From Eledone cirrhosa (taxonomy: Eukaryota): DNA of 64,000 nucleotides. The position numbers were made by a program, and so were the translations under genes. The stretch spans positions 35,526,001 through 35,590,000 of the forward strand of contig OZ024749.1 in the NCBI GenBank assembly GCA_964016885.1. Direction: 5' to 3'. Positions 26,678-42,786 of the stretch are shown piece by piece. Positions within the stretch are counted from its first letter, which is position 1. Each line of letters begins with the position of its first letter. The notes below the pieces were generated by a model. That model made no database searches. It had not been told where the DNA came from and saw nothing but the letters and a program-made list of their open reading frames with translations.

Positions 26678-29489
26678 ATCGATAAATAATGACAGGCTAT
26701 AAAACAAAGTTATATTATGTAATCAACACAACTTTTATTTCTAAGTATTCTACTCCCCCCACTACTCCTTCCTACTCCCCCCACCACTCCTTCCTACTCT
26801 CCCCATCACCACCACCACTACACCACTCCCAGGTATTCTGCCATTATGCTAAACTTCTGTTGATGTTACAATAATATCTCCTTTATTATGTTTTCTTCAC
26901 ATGACATCTCTCTAATTCCTGTCTTAGGAAGGGGAGAAGGGGGAGCAGGAGGAGGAAGAAGAGAAGGAAAAGTAGAAGGCAAAGAAGATGAAGGAAAAAA
27001 AAGAAGAAAAGAAAAAGAAGAGCAGCACTAGTAACAACAACAACAACAACAACAGTGTAAACATCAACATCAACATCAACAACAGCAGCAACAACAATAG
27101 CAAGAAAAGCATCAACAGCAACAACAACAAGAACAGCAAGAGCAGCTATAGCAAGAGCAACAGCAATATCATCAGCAATAACAACAACAGCAACAACAAC
27201 ATCAACAGCAGCAACAACAACATCAACAGCAGCAACAACAACATCAACAGCAGCATCAACAACATCAACAGCAGCATCAACAACAAAAAGACCGTTTTCT
27301 GTCCATGCAGGTTGAAAAAGATTTGTTCAGTTCAGCTCAACCAATAATGATACAAAAGCCCAAACAATCCCAGCCAATGAAAGACTTCAGATTTTTCTCT
27401 ACGAGAACATGGAACACATATTCTAGCTGAAAGATTTCTTTGTAGAATTATTGACAATTTATCAATCATGAAGAATGGAACAATCCCTCTGAGGTTTCCT
27501 CTAAAAATGGCAAATGATCTAATTTTATCTCAATAATTGTTCAGTCAGATTCCCCTAAGATATTGTGGCTCCTTATAAAGATTTATATCAAACAAATACA
27601 TTAACCCTTTTCATACTAAACTGCCTGAAACCAGCCCTGGTTCTATGATACAAAGCTGTTTATTTTGAAGTGTTTATATATATATATCTGAATATCTTCC
27701 ATAATAATTTTATGTAAGAGTCTTTGTTAAGTTATGTTACAAACTCCAGCTAAATAATCCTTTCTAACATTGCCAGGGCCATGACCTCTGGCATTATGCA
27801 GTAATACCGAAGACTCGACTTCCCACGGGTACAAGCCAAAGCTGAAGCATATAGACAAGACAGTAAGCCTCCACCTCCTCCTACTGTAAAGTGGTCATCT
27901 AGGTGTCACAGCAAAAAAGCACCCAGTTCACACTGTAAAGTGGTTGTGTAGGTGCCACGGTAAAAAGGCACCCAGTACTTGCTGTAAATGAGGTTGGTGT
28001 TATGAAGGGTATCCATCTGTAGAAATCAAGCCAAAATCAGTTCTGTGTGAGCAAGACATGGTCACCTGACCTGGCATTGCCCACAACAGGACAACCCATC
28101 TAACCCATGCTAGCGTGGAAGAATGGACGTAAAACGGTGATAATGATGATGATGATTGCCACAAAGCCAGCAATTTGAGTGAAAGGAAAATTTGATTATA
28201 TTGACCCCAGTACTTAACTGGAGCTTATTGACTATGGAAGGATCAAAAGAAAAATTGACTTCAGTGGGATTTGAACTCATATGATGTCCAAGTGAAAGAC
28301 AAAGGCCAATACAACTTGGCACCAGTGTCGTCACTATAGACACAGGTGGTTTTGAACTCATATGATGCTGTCCAAAAGAAAGGCAAGGGAAATACAACTT
28401 GGCACCAGTGTCATCACAACTCATTCCCTATATATAGAGGGGGACTTGAACTCAGAACATAGAAAGTTATAACTATATTCCACAAAGCATTTTGTCCAAT
28501 GTTCTGATACTGCCAATCCACTGCCTCAAACAACACCTTAATTAAAGAGAAAATTAATTATACTAAATCCCTCCAAATTCTTCATTATTTTAAAAGTTAT
28601 TTGAAAATCATAGGCAGTGTCTTTCATTAGAAATATGGTAAATAAAGGGTTAGTGTTTATATTCATCTAAAATCTTCCATTATAATTTCCTGTAAAAATC
28701 CTTGTTAGGTTATAATCCAAACACCAGCTTAATTAAGGGATTATATTACTAAATCTCTCCAAATTCTGGAATACTTTCAAAACTATTTGAAAGTCAATGG
28801 CAGTACACCAGCATGGCCCCAGCTAGTCGACTAGAACTGGTAAAAGAGTAAAAGAGTGTTTTTCATTAGAAATATGGTAAAGAAAGGTGTACTAACAAAC
28901 ACTGCAGACACTTTGGAAATATGGAAAGAATATAGTTTCCCAAGAACTTTGTCAGTTCCTTATATTTGGATATTATTGAAGGAATGGAATGAATGGTTTT
29001 CTTTGAATTTATTGCGTTTCCAAAGTTTTCAATAGATACATTCTTTTGTTTTTCAAGTGGCACCATTCTATGGTCTCTTGTGGTTTTGGCAACTGACCGA
29101 ATTTATTGGAAAACAACAATGTCTGTTGAATTGTAACTTTAAATGGTGCCTTGTCTCCACAACATGTGGTGTTATGGTGTGGTGGTGGTGGTGACGTGGT
29201 GTTGGTGGTTGTGACGGTTTGATGGTGGTGGTGACATGGTGGTTGTGGTGATGGCAGTGGTAGTGGGTTTGTGTTGATGTAGTGGAAGTGGTGGTGTTAT
29301 TGGGGTTTGATGGTATGGTATTGGTGGTGGGGGATATTAGTGGTGATGGTGGCAGTGGTAGTCAACACTACTTTACAAAGAGCTGTGGACTGTTGGAATC
29401 ATAAAAATTGTCAAACATGAGACCTTGTTTGTATTTGTTCCATCTTTTTGTATTCTGAGTTCAAATCCCACCAAGGTCTACTTGGTAAC

Positions 29490-30045
29490 AGCTAATATTG
29501 ATACAACTTGGGACAGGTGACAGATGACAATGATACACCTTGGGACAGGTGACTGATAACAATCACACACCTTGGGAGAGGTGACAATTAATAATAACAC
29601 ACCTTGGGAGAAATGACAATTAATAATGACACACCTTGGGACAGGTGGCAGTTAATATGACACACCTTGGGACAGGTAACAGTTAATATGACACACTTTG
29701 GGATAGGTAATAGTTACTGACACACCTTGGGAAAGATAACAGGTCTTAATGTTACACATTGGGACAGGTAACAGGTAAGAATGACACACCTTGGGACAGG
29801 TGACAGTTAATAATTGTTTCTACGTTTGGCACAAGGCCATTATTTTATCGACCCCAGGTGACAGTTAATAATGATATACCTTGAGACAGGTAACAGGTAC
29901 CATTGATACACCTTGAGACAGGAGAAAGTTAATAATGACACACATTGTGACAGGTGACAGATAACAATGACACACCTGGGAACAAGTAACAGGTACCATT
30001 GATACACCTTGCAACAGGGGAAACTTAATAATGACATACCTTGGA
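29490..30045. repeat. ~32-bp tandem repeat beginning at the exon 2 donor
   Basis: Variants of gacacaccttgggacaggtgacagttaataat. Confidence 0.88.
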
Positions 30046-30229
30046 ACTCTCAGTGGTTGGAAAACACCAAGGTAGACTTCTTCAAGTTCATCACAAAATT
30101 TCACCGGACGGATTCGGTAGGTTATCAAAAGTAGTTGAACTCCATTTATTATCATAAAAGCAAAATTCCAAGAAAAGAAATCTGGTGCACAAAGAATTAC
30201 CCAAGACCAGGCAGACAACAGAAGAAAAC
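30040..30229 (-). CDS. bves: BVES/POPDC-like coding exon 2 (TM2-TM3, start of Popeye domain)
   Basis: ttattgcag|GT TTT gives GFLLLSAWSWVILCAPDFFSWNFAFMIINGVQLLLITYRIRPVKFCDELEEVYLGVFQPLRVP(R). Donor AG|GTATGT. Phase 1 in, phase 2 out. Confidence 0.95.
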
Positions 30230-30264
30230 CTGCAATAAATGAATAAATGGAAACAGATGGATAA

Positions 30265-30810
30265 CATTTAGTGAATCCCCCAAATCTGCTCATAGGTACA
30301 AACGCTACAACCTTAGAAATACATGGTGGACATTTAATGAATCCTCAAATCTGCCTACAGGTACAAACAATACAACCTTAGAAATACATGGTGGACATTT
30401 AATGAATCCCCAAATCTGCCTACAGGTACAAACGCTACAACCTTAGAAATACATGGTGGACATTTAATGAATCCCCAAATCTGCCTACAGGTACAAACGC
30501 TACAACCTTAGAAATACATGGTGGACATTTAATGAATCCTCAAATCTGCCTACAGGTACAAACAATACAACCTTAGAAATACATGGTGGACATTTAATGA
30601 ATCCTCAAATCTGCCTACAGGTACAAACGCTACAACCTTAGAAATACATGGTGGACATTTAATGAATCCTCAAATCTGCCTACAGGTACAAACAATACAA
30701 CCTTAGAAATACATGGTGGACATTTAATGAATCCCCAAATCTGCCCACGAGTAGATACTGTGACCTTAGAAACAGATGAAGAATATTTAGGGAATTCCAA
30801 AGTCTGCCTA
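30265..30810. repeat. 65-bp tandem repeat (about 7-8 copies) abutting the exon 2 acceptor
   Basis: ccttagaaatacatggtggacatttaatgaatcc recurs at 30311, 30376, 30441 and onward. Confidence 0.93.
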
Positions 30811-31684
30811 CACTGTAAATGTGGTTGGTGTTAGGAAGGGCATCCAGCCATAGAACACCTGCTGGAAACAGTTCTGTATGAGTGAGACCCGGTCTCCCGA
30901 CCAATCTTGCCTCAAGTGGGACAAAACTGACCAACTCATGCTAGTGTGGAAGATGGACGTTGAATGATGATGATGATGATGATGAGGTGGATGATGTACA
31001 AACACTACAACCTTAGAACGATCTGAATATTTAGAGAATAAAAAACACCTGCCCATCAGTAGAAACACATGGTGAGCATTTAGGGGATTCAGTGACACAC
31101 GTACTCTGGTGATGATGATGGCTGTGATGATGATGGCTGTGATGATGATGACTATGATGACTGTGATGATGACTGATGATGATGGCTGTGATGATGAAGA
31201 CTGTGATGATGATGGCTGTGATGATGATGATGGCTGTGATGATGATGGTTGTGATGATGATGGCTATGATGATGATGATGATGATGATGAAAATTTGCAA
31301 GATATAAACTCATGTCATTGAACTGATGTTATTTATGATAGTGGTTGTGACAATGATGATGATGATGATGATGATGGTGATTATGATGGTAATGGTGGAT
31401 CTGATGATGCTACTGATGATAGGGATGATAATATTGATGATGAGGATGATGATGATAGTGGAGATGCTGCTGCTGATGATAGTGATGATGAAGATGGTGG
31501 GTGGTGGCTGTGATTGTCCTCAGATGACAGAGAAGCTGTCACTAACTTAATCCCTTTTTTTGTCTGGATTATCCAAGATTAATCAAACTATTTAAAAAGT
31601 CGATTAACAAACTAGGATTAACCACTTTCATGTATAAAATTGTCTCTCTATTGCCAACAATCCACCCTACCTTTGTTCATCCTA

Positions 31685-33680
31685 CCTGCTGTCCACCCTA
31701 TGCTCTGTCCACCTCCATCTTCTGTCCACCTCCATCTTCTGTCCACCCTATACTCTGTCCACCTCCATCTTCTGTCCACCCCTATACTCTGTCCACCTCC
31801 ATATTCTGTCCACCCCTATACTCTGTCCACCTCCAACTTCTGTCCACCTCCATCTTCTGTCCACCTCCAACTTCTGTCCACCCCCATCTTCTGTCCACCT
31901 CAATCTTCTGTCCACCCCTATACTCTGTCCACCTCCATCTTCTGTTCACCTCTATCTTCTGTCCACCTCTATCTTCTGTCCACCCCTATACTCTGTCCAC
32001 CTCCATCTTCTGTCCACCTCCATCTTCTGTCCACCTCCATCTTCTGTCCACCTCCATCTTCTGTCCACCCCTATACTCTGTCCACCTCCATCTTCTGTCC
32101 ACCCCTATACTCTGTCCACCTCCATCTTCTGTCAACCCCCATCTTCTGTCCACCTCCATCTTCTGTCCACCTCTATCTTCTGTCCACCTCCAACTTCTGT
32201 CCACCCCTATCTTCTGTCCACCCCTATACTCTGTCCACCTCCATCTTCTGTCCACCTCCATCTTCTGTCCACCTCCATCTTCTGTCCACCTCCATCTTCT
32301 GTCCACCCCCATCTTCTGTCCACCCCTATCTTCTGTCCACCCCTATACTCTGTCCACCTCCATCTTCTGTCCACCCCTATCTTCTGTCCACCTCCATCTT
32401 CTGTCCACCTCCATCTTCTGTCCACCCCTATACTCTGTCCACCTCCATCTTCTGTCCACCCCTATACTCTGTCCACCTCTATCTTCTGTCCACCTCTATA
32501 CTCTGTCCACCTCCATCTTCTGTCCACCCCTATACTCTGTCCACCTCTATCTTCTGTCCACCTCTATACTCTGTCCACCTCCATCTTCTGTCCACCCTAT
32601 ACTCTGTCCACCTCCATCTTCTGTCCACCCCTATACTCTGTCTACCTCTATCTTCTGTCCACCCCTATACTCTGTCCACCTCCATCTTCTGTTCACCCCT
32701 ATACTCTGTCCACCCTATACTCTGTCCACCTCCATCTTCTGTCCACCTCCAACATCTGTCCACCCCTATACTCTGTCTACCTCTATCTTCTGTCCACCCC
32801 ATACTCTGTCCACCTCTATCTTCTGTCCACCCCTATACTCTGTCCACCCTATACTCTGTCCACCTCCATCTTCTGTCCACCTCCAACATCTGTCCACCCC
32901 TATACTCTGTCCACCTCTATCTTCTGTCCACCTCTATCTTCTGTCCACCCCTATACTCTGTCCACCTCCATCTTCTGTCCACCTCCATCTTCTGTCCACC
33001 CCTATACTCTGTCCACCTCTATCTTCTGTCCACCTCCATCTTCTGTCCACCCCTATACTCTGTCCACCTCCAGCTTCTGTCCACCCCCATCTTCTGTCCA
33101 CCTCCATCTTCTGTCCACCCCTATACTCTGTCCACCTCCATCTTCTGTCCACCCCTATACTCTGTCCACCTCCATCTTCTGTCCACCCCCATCTTCTGTC
33201 CACCTCCATCTTCTGTCCACCTCCATCTTCTGTCCACCTCCAACTTCTGTCCACCTCCATCTTCTGTCCACCTCCAGCTTCTGTCCACCTCCATCTTCTG
33301 TCCACCTCCACCTTCTGTCCACCCCTATACTCTGTTCACTTCCAACTTCTGTCCACCTCTATCTTCTGTTCACCCCTATACTCTGTCCACCTCCAACTTC
33401 TGTCGACCTCCATCTTCTGTCCACCTCCAACTTCTGTCCACCTTCATCTTCTGTCCACCTCCATCTTCTGTCCACCTCCATCTTCTGTCCACCCCTATAC
33501 TCTGTCCACCTCCATCTTCTGTCCACCTCCATCTTCTGTCCACCCCTATGCTCTGTCCACCTCCATCTTCTGTCCACCCCTATACTCTGTCCACCTCTAT
33601 CTTCTGTCCACCTCCATCTTCTGTCCACCCCTATACTCTGTCCACCCCTATACTCTGTCCACCCCACCTTCTGTCCACCC
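31685..33680. repeat. 17-bp minisatellite, about 2 kb, in intron 1
   Basis: Interleaved variants CTGTCCACCTCCATCTT and CTGTCCACCCCTATACT. Confidence 0.95.
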
Positions 33681-33809
33681 CCACCCCCAACCAATGTCTA
33701 CTGTTCACATTCAGGAAAATGGCTGAGTATTCTACAGACATATATGTGTTCACATATATGATTCTTAACCAGAATCAGGGTGACACAATATGATATGTAA
33801 CACTATTTT

Positions 33810-34400
33810 AAACCCGACACACCCAAAGATACAGTATACCAGTTATAAACTAGTGATACATACAGGGATACAGTGTACCTATTGTAAACCTGATACATAC
33901 AGGGATACAGTGTACCTATTGTAAACCTGATACACACAGGGAGACTATATACCTTTGTAAACCTGATACACACAGGGAGACTATATACCTTTGTAAACCT
34001 GATACACACAGGGACACTATATACCTTTGTAAACCAGATACACACAGGTATACAGTGTACCTATTTTAAACCTGATACACACAGGGATACTATGTACCTG
34101 TGTAAACCTGATACATACAGGGATACAGTGTACCTATTGTAAACCTGATACACACAGGGAGACTATATACCTTTGTAAACCTGATACACACAGGAAGACT
34201 ATATACCTTTGTAAACCTGATACACACAGGGACACTATATACCTTTGTAAACCAGATACACACAGGTATACAGTGTACCTATTTTAAACCTGATACACAC
34301 AGGGATATGGTGTACCTATTTTAAACCTGATACACACAGGGATATGGTGTACCTATTGTAAACCATATAGACACAAGATTACAATGTACGTATTTTAAAT
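33810..34400. repeat. 36-bp tandem repeat just inside intron 1
   Basis: gtaaacctgatacacacaggga recurs at 33921, 33957 and onward. Confidence 0.9.
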
Positions 34401-34473
34401 CAGATATACTGTACAATGAAACAAAATAAGATTAAAAGAAAATGAAAATTCAGAGAGAAATGATTCTACTCAC

Positions 34474-34789
34474 CCAGTAAAAATGTGCTGTGAAGGAAGA
34501 GAACACCATAAGTTCCATCAGGAGCCATTAACCCAATGCAAAGGGCAGCATTGGCCAACTGGAAAAGAATATGGTTGACTGGTTGCCATGATGTACAACC
34601 AGCTACTGTGAAAGGTGCAGTCATTATTAGTAGTGGTGTTTGTGCTGTTGGTGATTGTGGAGGGGATGAAGATTCATTGTATGAGGCAGGTGTCGTAGTA
34701 AGGCTTGTTGAGGAATCACTGCTTCGGAAAACAGAGTTGTTGCCAAGTGAAGCTGAGATGGGAAGGAGTGCAAGGTCACCCCAACCCAT
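34474..34789 (-). CDS. bves: Popeye-domain protein (BVES/POPDC-like), coding exon 1: extracellular N-terminus, TM1 and start of TM2
   Basis: Acceptor tttcacag at 34797-34796, ATG 6 nt later. Reads MGWGDLALL...NNS...NES...CTSWQPVNHILFQLANAALCIGLMAPDGTYGVLFLHSTFLLG, including the Popeye-type C-x2-W...FQLAN segment and two N-glycosylation sequons. Donor G|GTGAGT, phase 1. A 5' UTR exon must lie upstream. Confidence 0.92.
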
Positions 34790-35683
34790 GATGTTCTGTG
34801 AAATCAGAGAAGAAAACAATATATAATGAGATAATGGCAAAGATAAATAAAACCAACCAAAATCAAGCTGAAATTCTAAGAAATGAAACCATCAATTTTA
34901 AAGGGCTTCTATTTAAAACAAATCTTTTAATATAATTCTAAATAAGAACCATATGTTAAGTAATGAAATAATTAATAATTTTAGTTAATCCCCCCAAAAT
35001 GTTCATTAATTGATTGAAATAGGGTGTATTTCATTAGAAATATGTTGACAAATGGGTTAACTCTAATGTTACTATATTTTTAATGAAAGACACTGCCTAT
35101 GATTTTCAAATAATTTTGAAAATAATCAAGAATTTGAAGTGATTTAGTCATATAACTAACTTTCTCATTACTAAGTATTTGGAACATCTTAAGAAAGGTT
35201 CTTACATAAAATTGAACCAGTTTTAGGTGGTTTGATATCAAAAAGGTTAACCTTTTTTAATAAAATACAAGCTAATTTAATTAATCAATGAAGCATTTTG
35301 AGAGATTTTCTAAGATAGTAAGTAACTTAATAAATGACTCTTATATAGAATTATGCTGGGTTACTTTAATTCAGACAAGAATTCTTTAAAATGGGTGGTT
35401 TTGTTTCATAGAACCAAAGCCAATTTTGAATCAAAAAGGGTTAAATATTTGCTAATTATGTTTAATTCCTCCAACATTACCATATGTTATTTCTGTGCTG
35501 TTCTATATATTCAGACTTAACAGATTGTCAACATAGAACTACATATTATTTACAACTTCAGAAGAAATAGGTGGAAAAATATCATGTGATCTCAGCCACA
35601 TCATTTTACAAGAAGATTAATTATGTTTTTACATGCAGAATTAATTCCTTTGTGTCTGGTGTATTTCAAAATGGTATACACAC

Positions 35684-35733
<50 letters not shown>

Positions 35734-36005
35734 GTATGTATATATATGTATATGTATGTATATATCTGTATATGTATGTATGTATATATATGTATATATA
35801 TGTATAAATATGTGTATGTATGTGTGTACATATATATGTATATGTATGTGTGTATATATGTATGTGTGTTTATATATGTATGTATATATATGTATATGTA
35901 TGTATATATATATATGTATGTGTGTATATATGTATGTGTGTTTATATATGTATGTATGTATATGTATGTATATATATATATATATGTATGTATGTATGTA
36001 TATAT

Positions 36006-36039
<34 letters not shown>

Positions 36040-36080
36040 GTATGTATATATATATATATATATATGTATATGTATGTATG

Positions 36081-36139
<59 letters not shown>

Positions 36140-36206
36140 ATATATATATATATATGTATGTATATATATATATATATATGTATGTATATATATATATATA
36201 TACATG

Positions 36207-36240
<34 letters not shown>

Positions 36241-38149
36241 TACTTATATATAAATTTAAAAAAAAAAAAAATTATTATTTCAGTCAGAACTAATTATAAT
36301 TTTATCTAATCCTGGGATAATTAAAATATTAATAATTCAAAACTTCATTATATTTCTGCCCCAAGTGTCAGCTACACTAACTTCATTTTATTTCATGTTT
36401 AACCAGCCAGAGAGTCAATACAGACATAACTGTGTGGGTAAGGAGTTTGCTTTACAGCCTCACTGCTTCAGGTTCATTCCCACTGCATGCCACCTTAGGC
36501 AAGTGTCTTCTACTATGGACTTACATACTTACATGCATGATGTTTCTTGGGCATTTTAAGCCTGGCATAGCCCATCCCTCCCCAGGCCTGAGTACAGCAG
36601 ATTTCTTCTAGAGAAAGATAGAAAGTGAGAGAGAGGAAATGAGAAAGGGATATAGGGGAAGAATTTGCTCCAGTACAAGATTAGTACTTTTTTCTATCGA
36701 CCTCAGGAGGGTGAAAGGCAAAGTTGCCTTTGGTAGAATTTGAACTCCAAGAGCAGAGAGCCGGATTGAATACCAAAAATATTCTATCCGCCATTCTAAT
36801 GACTCTGCCAATTCACCCCCCCCTCCCATAGACTTAGGTTGACCAATAACTAATGAGTAAAATTTCGTTGATAGAAACTGAAAAGAAGCCTATTGGAGGG
36901 ATTGTACCAATAAACCAAAGGTCCAATCTTGTCACATATCGTGTCATACTGAATATCCCTAAAGACTATATTAATCCTTTCATTACCATATTTCTAATGA
37001 AAGACACTGGCTATGGTTTCCAAATAACGGCGAATTTGAAGAAATTTAGTAATAGAACTAAATTTCTCATTAGTATGCTGGTATTTGGAACATAACAAAA
37101 GTTCTTATATAAAATTGATGGAAATTTTTTAGATAAACATAAACACTTTACACAACCTATCCAACCGATACTAGTATGGAACATGGATATAAATTGATGA
37201 TGATGATGATTTCATTACTGAGACAGTAAACTTAACATATGGTTCTTATATAAAATAATGTTGGAAGATTTAAATATAAATAGGAACCCTACAAAATGGG
37301 TGATTTTGTTTCAGAGAACCAGTTGTTTTGGTAAGGTTGATGTCAAAAAGGTAAAAATGTGAGGTTTTATTTCATAGAAGCAGAAATGGTTTGGGACAGG
37401 ATGGTATCAACAGGAATGGTTGTTATAAAGACGATGAATACAACAATACAACTACTTAGTGTTCTTGTTTTTTTCACTTGACTTTATTTTACAACAATGG
37501 CCATGAGGCAGTCAAGTCATTGGTTAAAATAAGCATTAACAATCAAAAGAAGACACACAAGCACACAAACAAATATACACATATACATATATACACACAT
37601 CCACACACACACACATACACACACATATATATATACACACATATATATATATACATATATACATACATATATATATATACATATATACATACATATATAT
37701 ATACACATATATATACATATATATATACATATACATATATATATATATACATACACACAAACACATGTATACATATACATATATATATACACAAACACAT
37801 GTATACATATATATATATACACACACACACACATGCGCACAGACATTTATTTATGCATACATAAACACATGCTTTCAAACATACATGCATAGAATTAAAC
37901 ATAGGAACATAAATACATTCATGCATACAGACAGACAGACAGACAGACAAACACACATACAGACATGTATACATACATATTATATTATATTATATATATA
38001 TATATGTGTGTGTGTATGTGATATATATATGCTACATGTTGATATTTGTCCATGTAAGAGTGGAAAGCCCCAAGGATGTACAACACCAATAGAACAGTGA
38101 AAACTGTAGAAGCATGTAATACATCTAGAATTAACTGGTCTCCCCTACT

Positions 38150-38415
38150 GAATTATAGTAGACTTATCCAAACAAGAGGTATCAAATGTTGTGTTCTGGA
38201 GAGGAGGTTGCATTGGTATGGGCACGGGATGTCTATGAAGGACGACAGGTGTATAAAAAAGTGCAGGGCAATGAAAATTGATGGAAGCTGCGGAGTGGGT
38301 AGACCTAGAAAAACCTGGGATGAGGTGATAAAATCTGACCTTGTCCACCTACACCTCTCTAAGACAATGACACTGGATTGAGACCTTTGGCGCTATGCAG
38401 TTGTACAGAAGACTA
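38150..38415 (+). mobile_element. RTE-clade LINE 3' fragment
   Basis: RRLHWYGHGMSMKDDRCIKKC...GRPRKTWDEVIKSDL is the typical RTE C-terminal motif. Confidence 0.85.
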
Positions 38416-38980
38416 CCATTGCATACAAACCTACAGTCAGTAGGCACCTCTTAACTTAATGTACACCCCACCGCCACACCCTACCCCATCCTTCCGCTCC
38501 CGTTCCTTCCACTGTGTCAATGGCACAACAGTCCACACTGTAAGGTGGCCATGTAGGAGACAAGGCTCCCAGTCCACACTGTAAATGTGGTTGGTGTTAG
38601 GAAGGGCATCTAGCTGTAAAAAAAACCTGCCAGATACGCTTCCGTGAGAGCGAGACATGGTCTCCCGACCATTCCCGCATCAAATGGAACAAAACCGTCT
38701 AACCCATGCTAGCGTGGAAGATGGACGTTGAACGATGATGATGATGATGATGATGATTATCTACTACTAAATGGTCTCTCTTACGCAACTACAATAGACT
38801 GATCCATTTACTAGCTGGTCTCACCACATTATACATAATCAATGCTAACTGGCCTCCCTTTCAGAATCAAAATAGACTGCTATTAACAGGTCTCAACCAA
38901 GTTAACCCAAATGTGCATGGCTTTAACACCTTTGATACCAGCCAAGCCAACTCTGATTCTATGAAGCAAAGCCACCCATT

Positions 38981-39209
38981 TTAACCCTTTAACATTTACA
39001 TTATTCAATATATACTATTATATTTTCATGGGAAATACTTTATTTCACATAATTATCTCACATAATATCGAATCTACGAGATTTTGATATTATTTATTTT
39101 GAGAACAATACTTTGACATAAGTATGAGCAGTCAGTTACGGTCGGTTTGAACAGAAAGAGGTGAGAGATTTATGGCCGGATATGGCTGCTTTAAATGCTA
39201 AAGGGTTAA
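38981..39209. mobile_element. piggyBac-type MITE (related copies at about 50570-50772 and 56409-56636)
   Basis: TTAA-CCCTTTAACATTTA ... TAAATGCTAAAGGG-TTAA. A second TTAA/CCC-ended family occurs at about 3167-3576, 27601-28652, 35057-35249 and 59325-59571. Confidence 0.7.
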
Positions 39210-39544
39210 AGGAGTCCTATTTAAATTTAAATCTCCCACAATAATTTTATATAAGAATTAAATATTTAGTGACCATCTTAGTAATGAAATTAAAAAAAAA
39301 ATTATTTTAATGAAAACTCTCAAAATCTTCATGAATCTATTGAAATATGGTGATGAAAGTGTTAAAGTACTAGAGCAGAAAATGTATCAGATATGTTTGG
39401 AGTGGTGAATATTCTAGCATGTTCTGTCTGTCTTCAGGCAGCTTCTCTCGTTCCAATGTAACAATATTGGTCAAATTATTGAAGATGTACTTTAGTACAT
39501 CAAGTAGAGAACAGGTTGCTATGGTGATTCCACAGTTTCGGGTG

Positions 39545-39583
<39 letters not shown>

Positions 39584-39651
39584 CAATTCAAATATATATA
39601 TATATATATACAATATTAAATAAATGGAAACTATATTTATAAAACCATATT

Positions 39652-39717
39652 TATTTCATTATATATATTTCAGGGATAACATATTAACAATATGCTATGC
39701 CTTCCTCAGACAAAATA
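39652..39717 (-). ncRNA. Type I hammerhead ribozyme motif, family A
   Basis: Minus strand TATTTTGT-CTGAGGA-AGGCATAGCATATTGTTAATATGTTATCCCT-GAAA-TATATA-TA-ATGAAATA. Confidence 0.78.
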
Positions 39718-40237
39718 CAATAAACAGAGGTTTGTAAGCCTCGCCTGTGTCTGGATATTTTTGAATTTTCTCTCTCTCTTTTTTTCTCTCTCTATATTTT
39801 TTCTCTCCCTATATAACAGCTGGTTTTCCCTCCATATATCTCCCTTACATTAATACTAGAGCTAAATAAATAAATAAATAAATAAATAAATGTATCATTG
39901 ATACGTTATTCAACAGTCGTCCCACTACCTAGCTTTCTATATATGTATCTATCTCTATTTCCTCTCTCTCTCTATATATATATCTCTTTCTGTTTCTTTA
40001 CATGAAGTTCTTCTCTTTATCTATCTTTCCATCTCTCTATTTTGTTCCATGCATTTCTTCTTTTTCTTTTTCTTCGTTTTCTGTCTTTCTTTCCTTTTTT
40101 CTCTCTTTTTCTCTCTTTCTCTCTCTCTTTCTTTCTCTCTGTGTACAATTTTGTCACAACCAAATCAACCTTCTCAAATGCAGGTAGATGTTGTTACGGT
40201 ATGTCGAATCTATTTATCTATAAAACTGTTTATATTG

Positions 40238-40301
40238 TATTTTGTCTGAGGAAGGCATAGCATATTGTTAATGTTATCCCTGAAATATATATAATGAAAT
40301 A
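40238..40301 (+). ncRNA. Type I hammerhead ribozyme motif, family A
   Basis: TATTTTGT-CTGAGGA-AGGCATAGCATATTGTTAATGTTATCCCT-GAAA-TATATA-TA-ATGAAATA. Confidence 0.78.
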
Positions 40302-40532
40302 AATATGGTTTTATAAATATAGTTTCCATTTATTTAATATTGTAAATATACTCCAAATATTTGTCGAGTGCTTTTATATCAGTTATAAATATTTACTAGT
40401 TGTAACACAACAATTTAAATATAACTTTCCATATATATATATATGTGCAATTCAAAACCCTTTTCTTCAACTTATGTTAAAGAAACTCAATATTCTACAC
40501 GCACACATACATATATACACACATGCACATAG

Positions 40533-40571
<39 letters not shown>

Positions 40572-40642
40572 GAATGGAAAACAAAAAAAATCAGTGATAT
40601 ATATATATACATATATATATACATGCAAATATAAATAAATAA

Positions 40643-40674
<32 letters not shown>

Positions 40675-40754
40675 GTATATAAATGTATATGTATATGAAT
40701 ATATATATCATCATCATCATCATTTTACGTCCGCTTTTCCCTGCTTGCAAGGGT

Positions 40755-42522
<1,768 letters not shown>

Positions 42523-42752
42523 TCTATTATATACAAAAGTTGTTATATACACATATATATTTAGATGTAAGTTCAAATTACAACCATGTAATTTCAGTAA
42601 AAACATACATTACCTCTCATTGAAACCGGTTGATAATATATTTTTTAGTGAGGCTAAAACATGTGTTAGTAAAATACATGATCCTAAGTTTAACATCTCA
42701 ATATACCCTAACAAGCTGTTCTGTTCCTACTAATTAAATACACACACATGCA

Positions 42753-42786
<34 letters not shown>

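Larger units (their letters stand above)
39593..40444. mobile_element. Family A HHR element (Penelope-like/retrozyme-type remnant) with inverted arms of about 118 bp and a pyrimidine-rich spacer
   Basis: Arms about 39609-39727 and 40226-40344. Flanked by the direct repeat (TA)n-GTGCAATTCAAA at 39581 and 40445. Confidence 0.7.

Noticed and set aside
30265-30810. CRISPR-like regular array (also 20507-20955 and 29490-30045)
   Set aside because: Head-to-tail tandem units without unique spacers, no cas genes, eukaryotic context.
31630-33793. 698-aa and 717-aa ORFs
   Set aside because: They are translations of a stop-free 17-bp minisatellite, open in several frames and lying antisense within intron 1.
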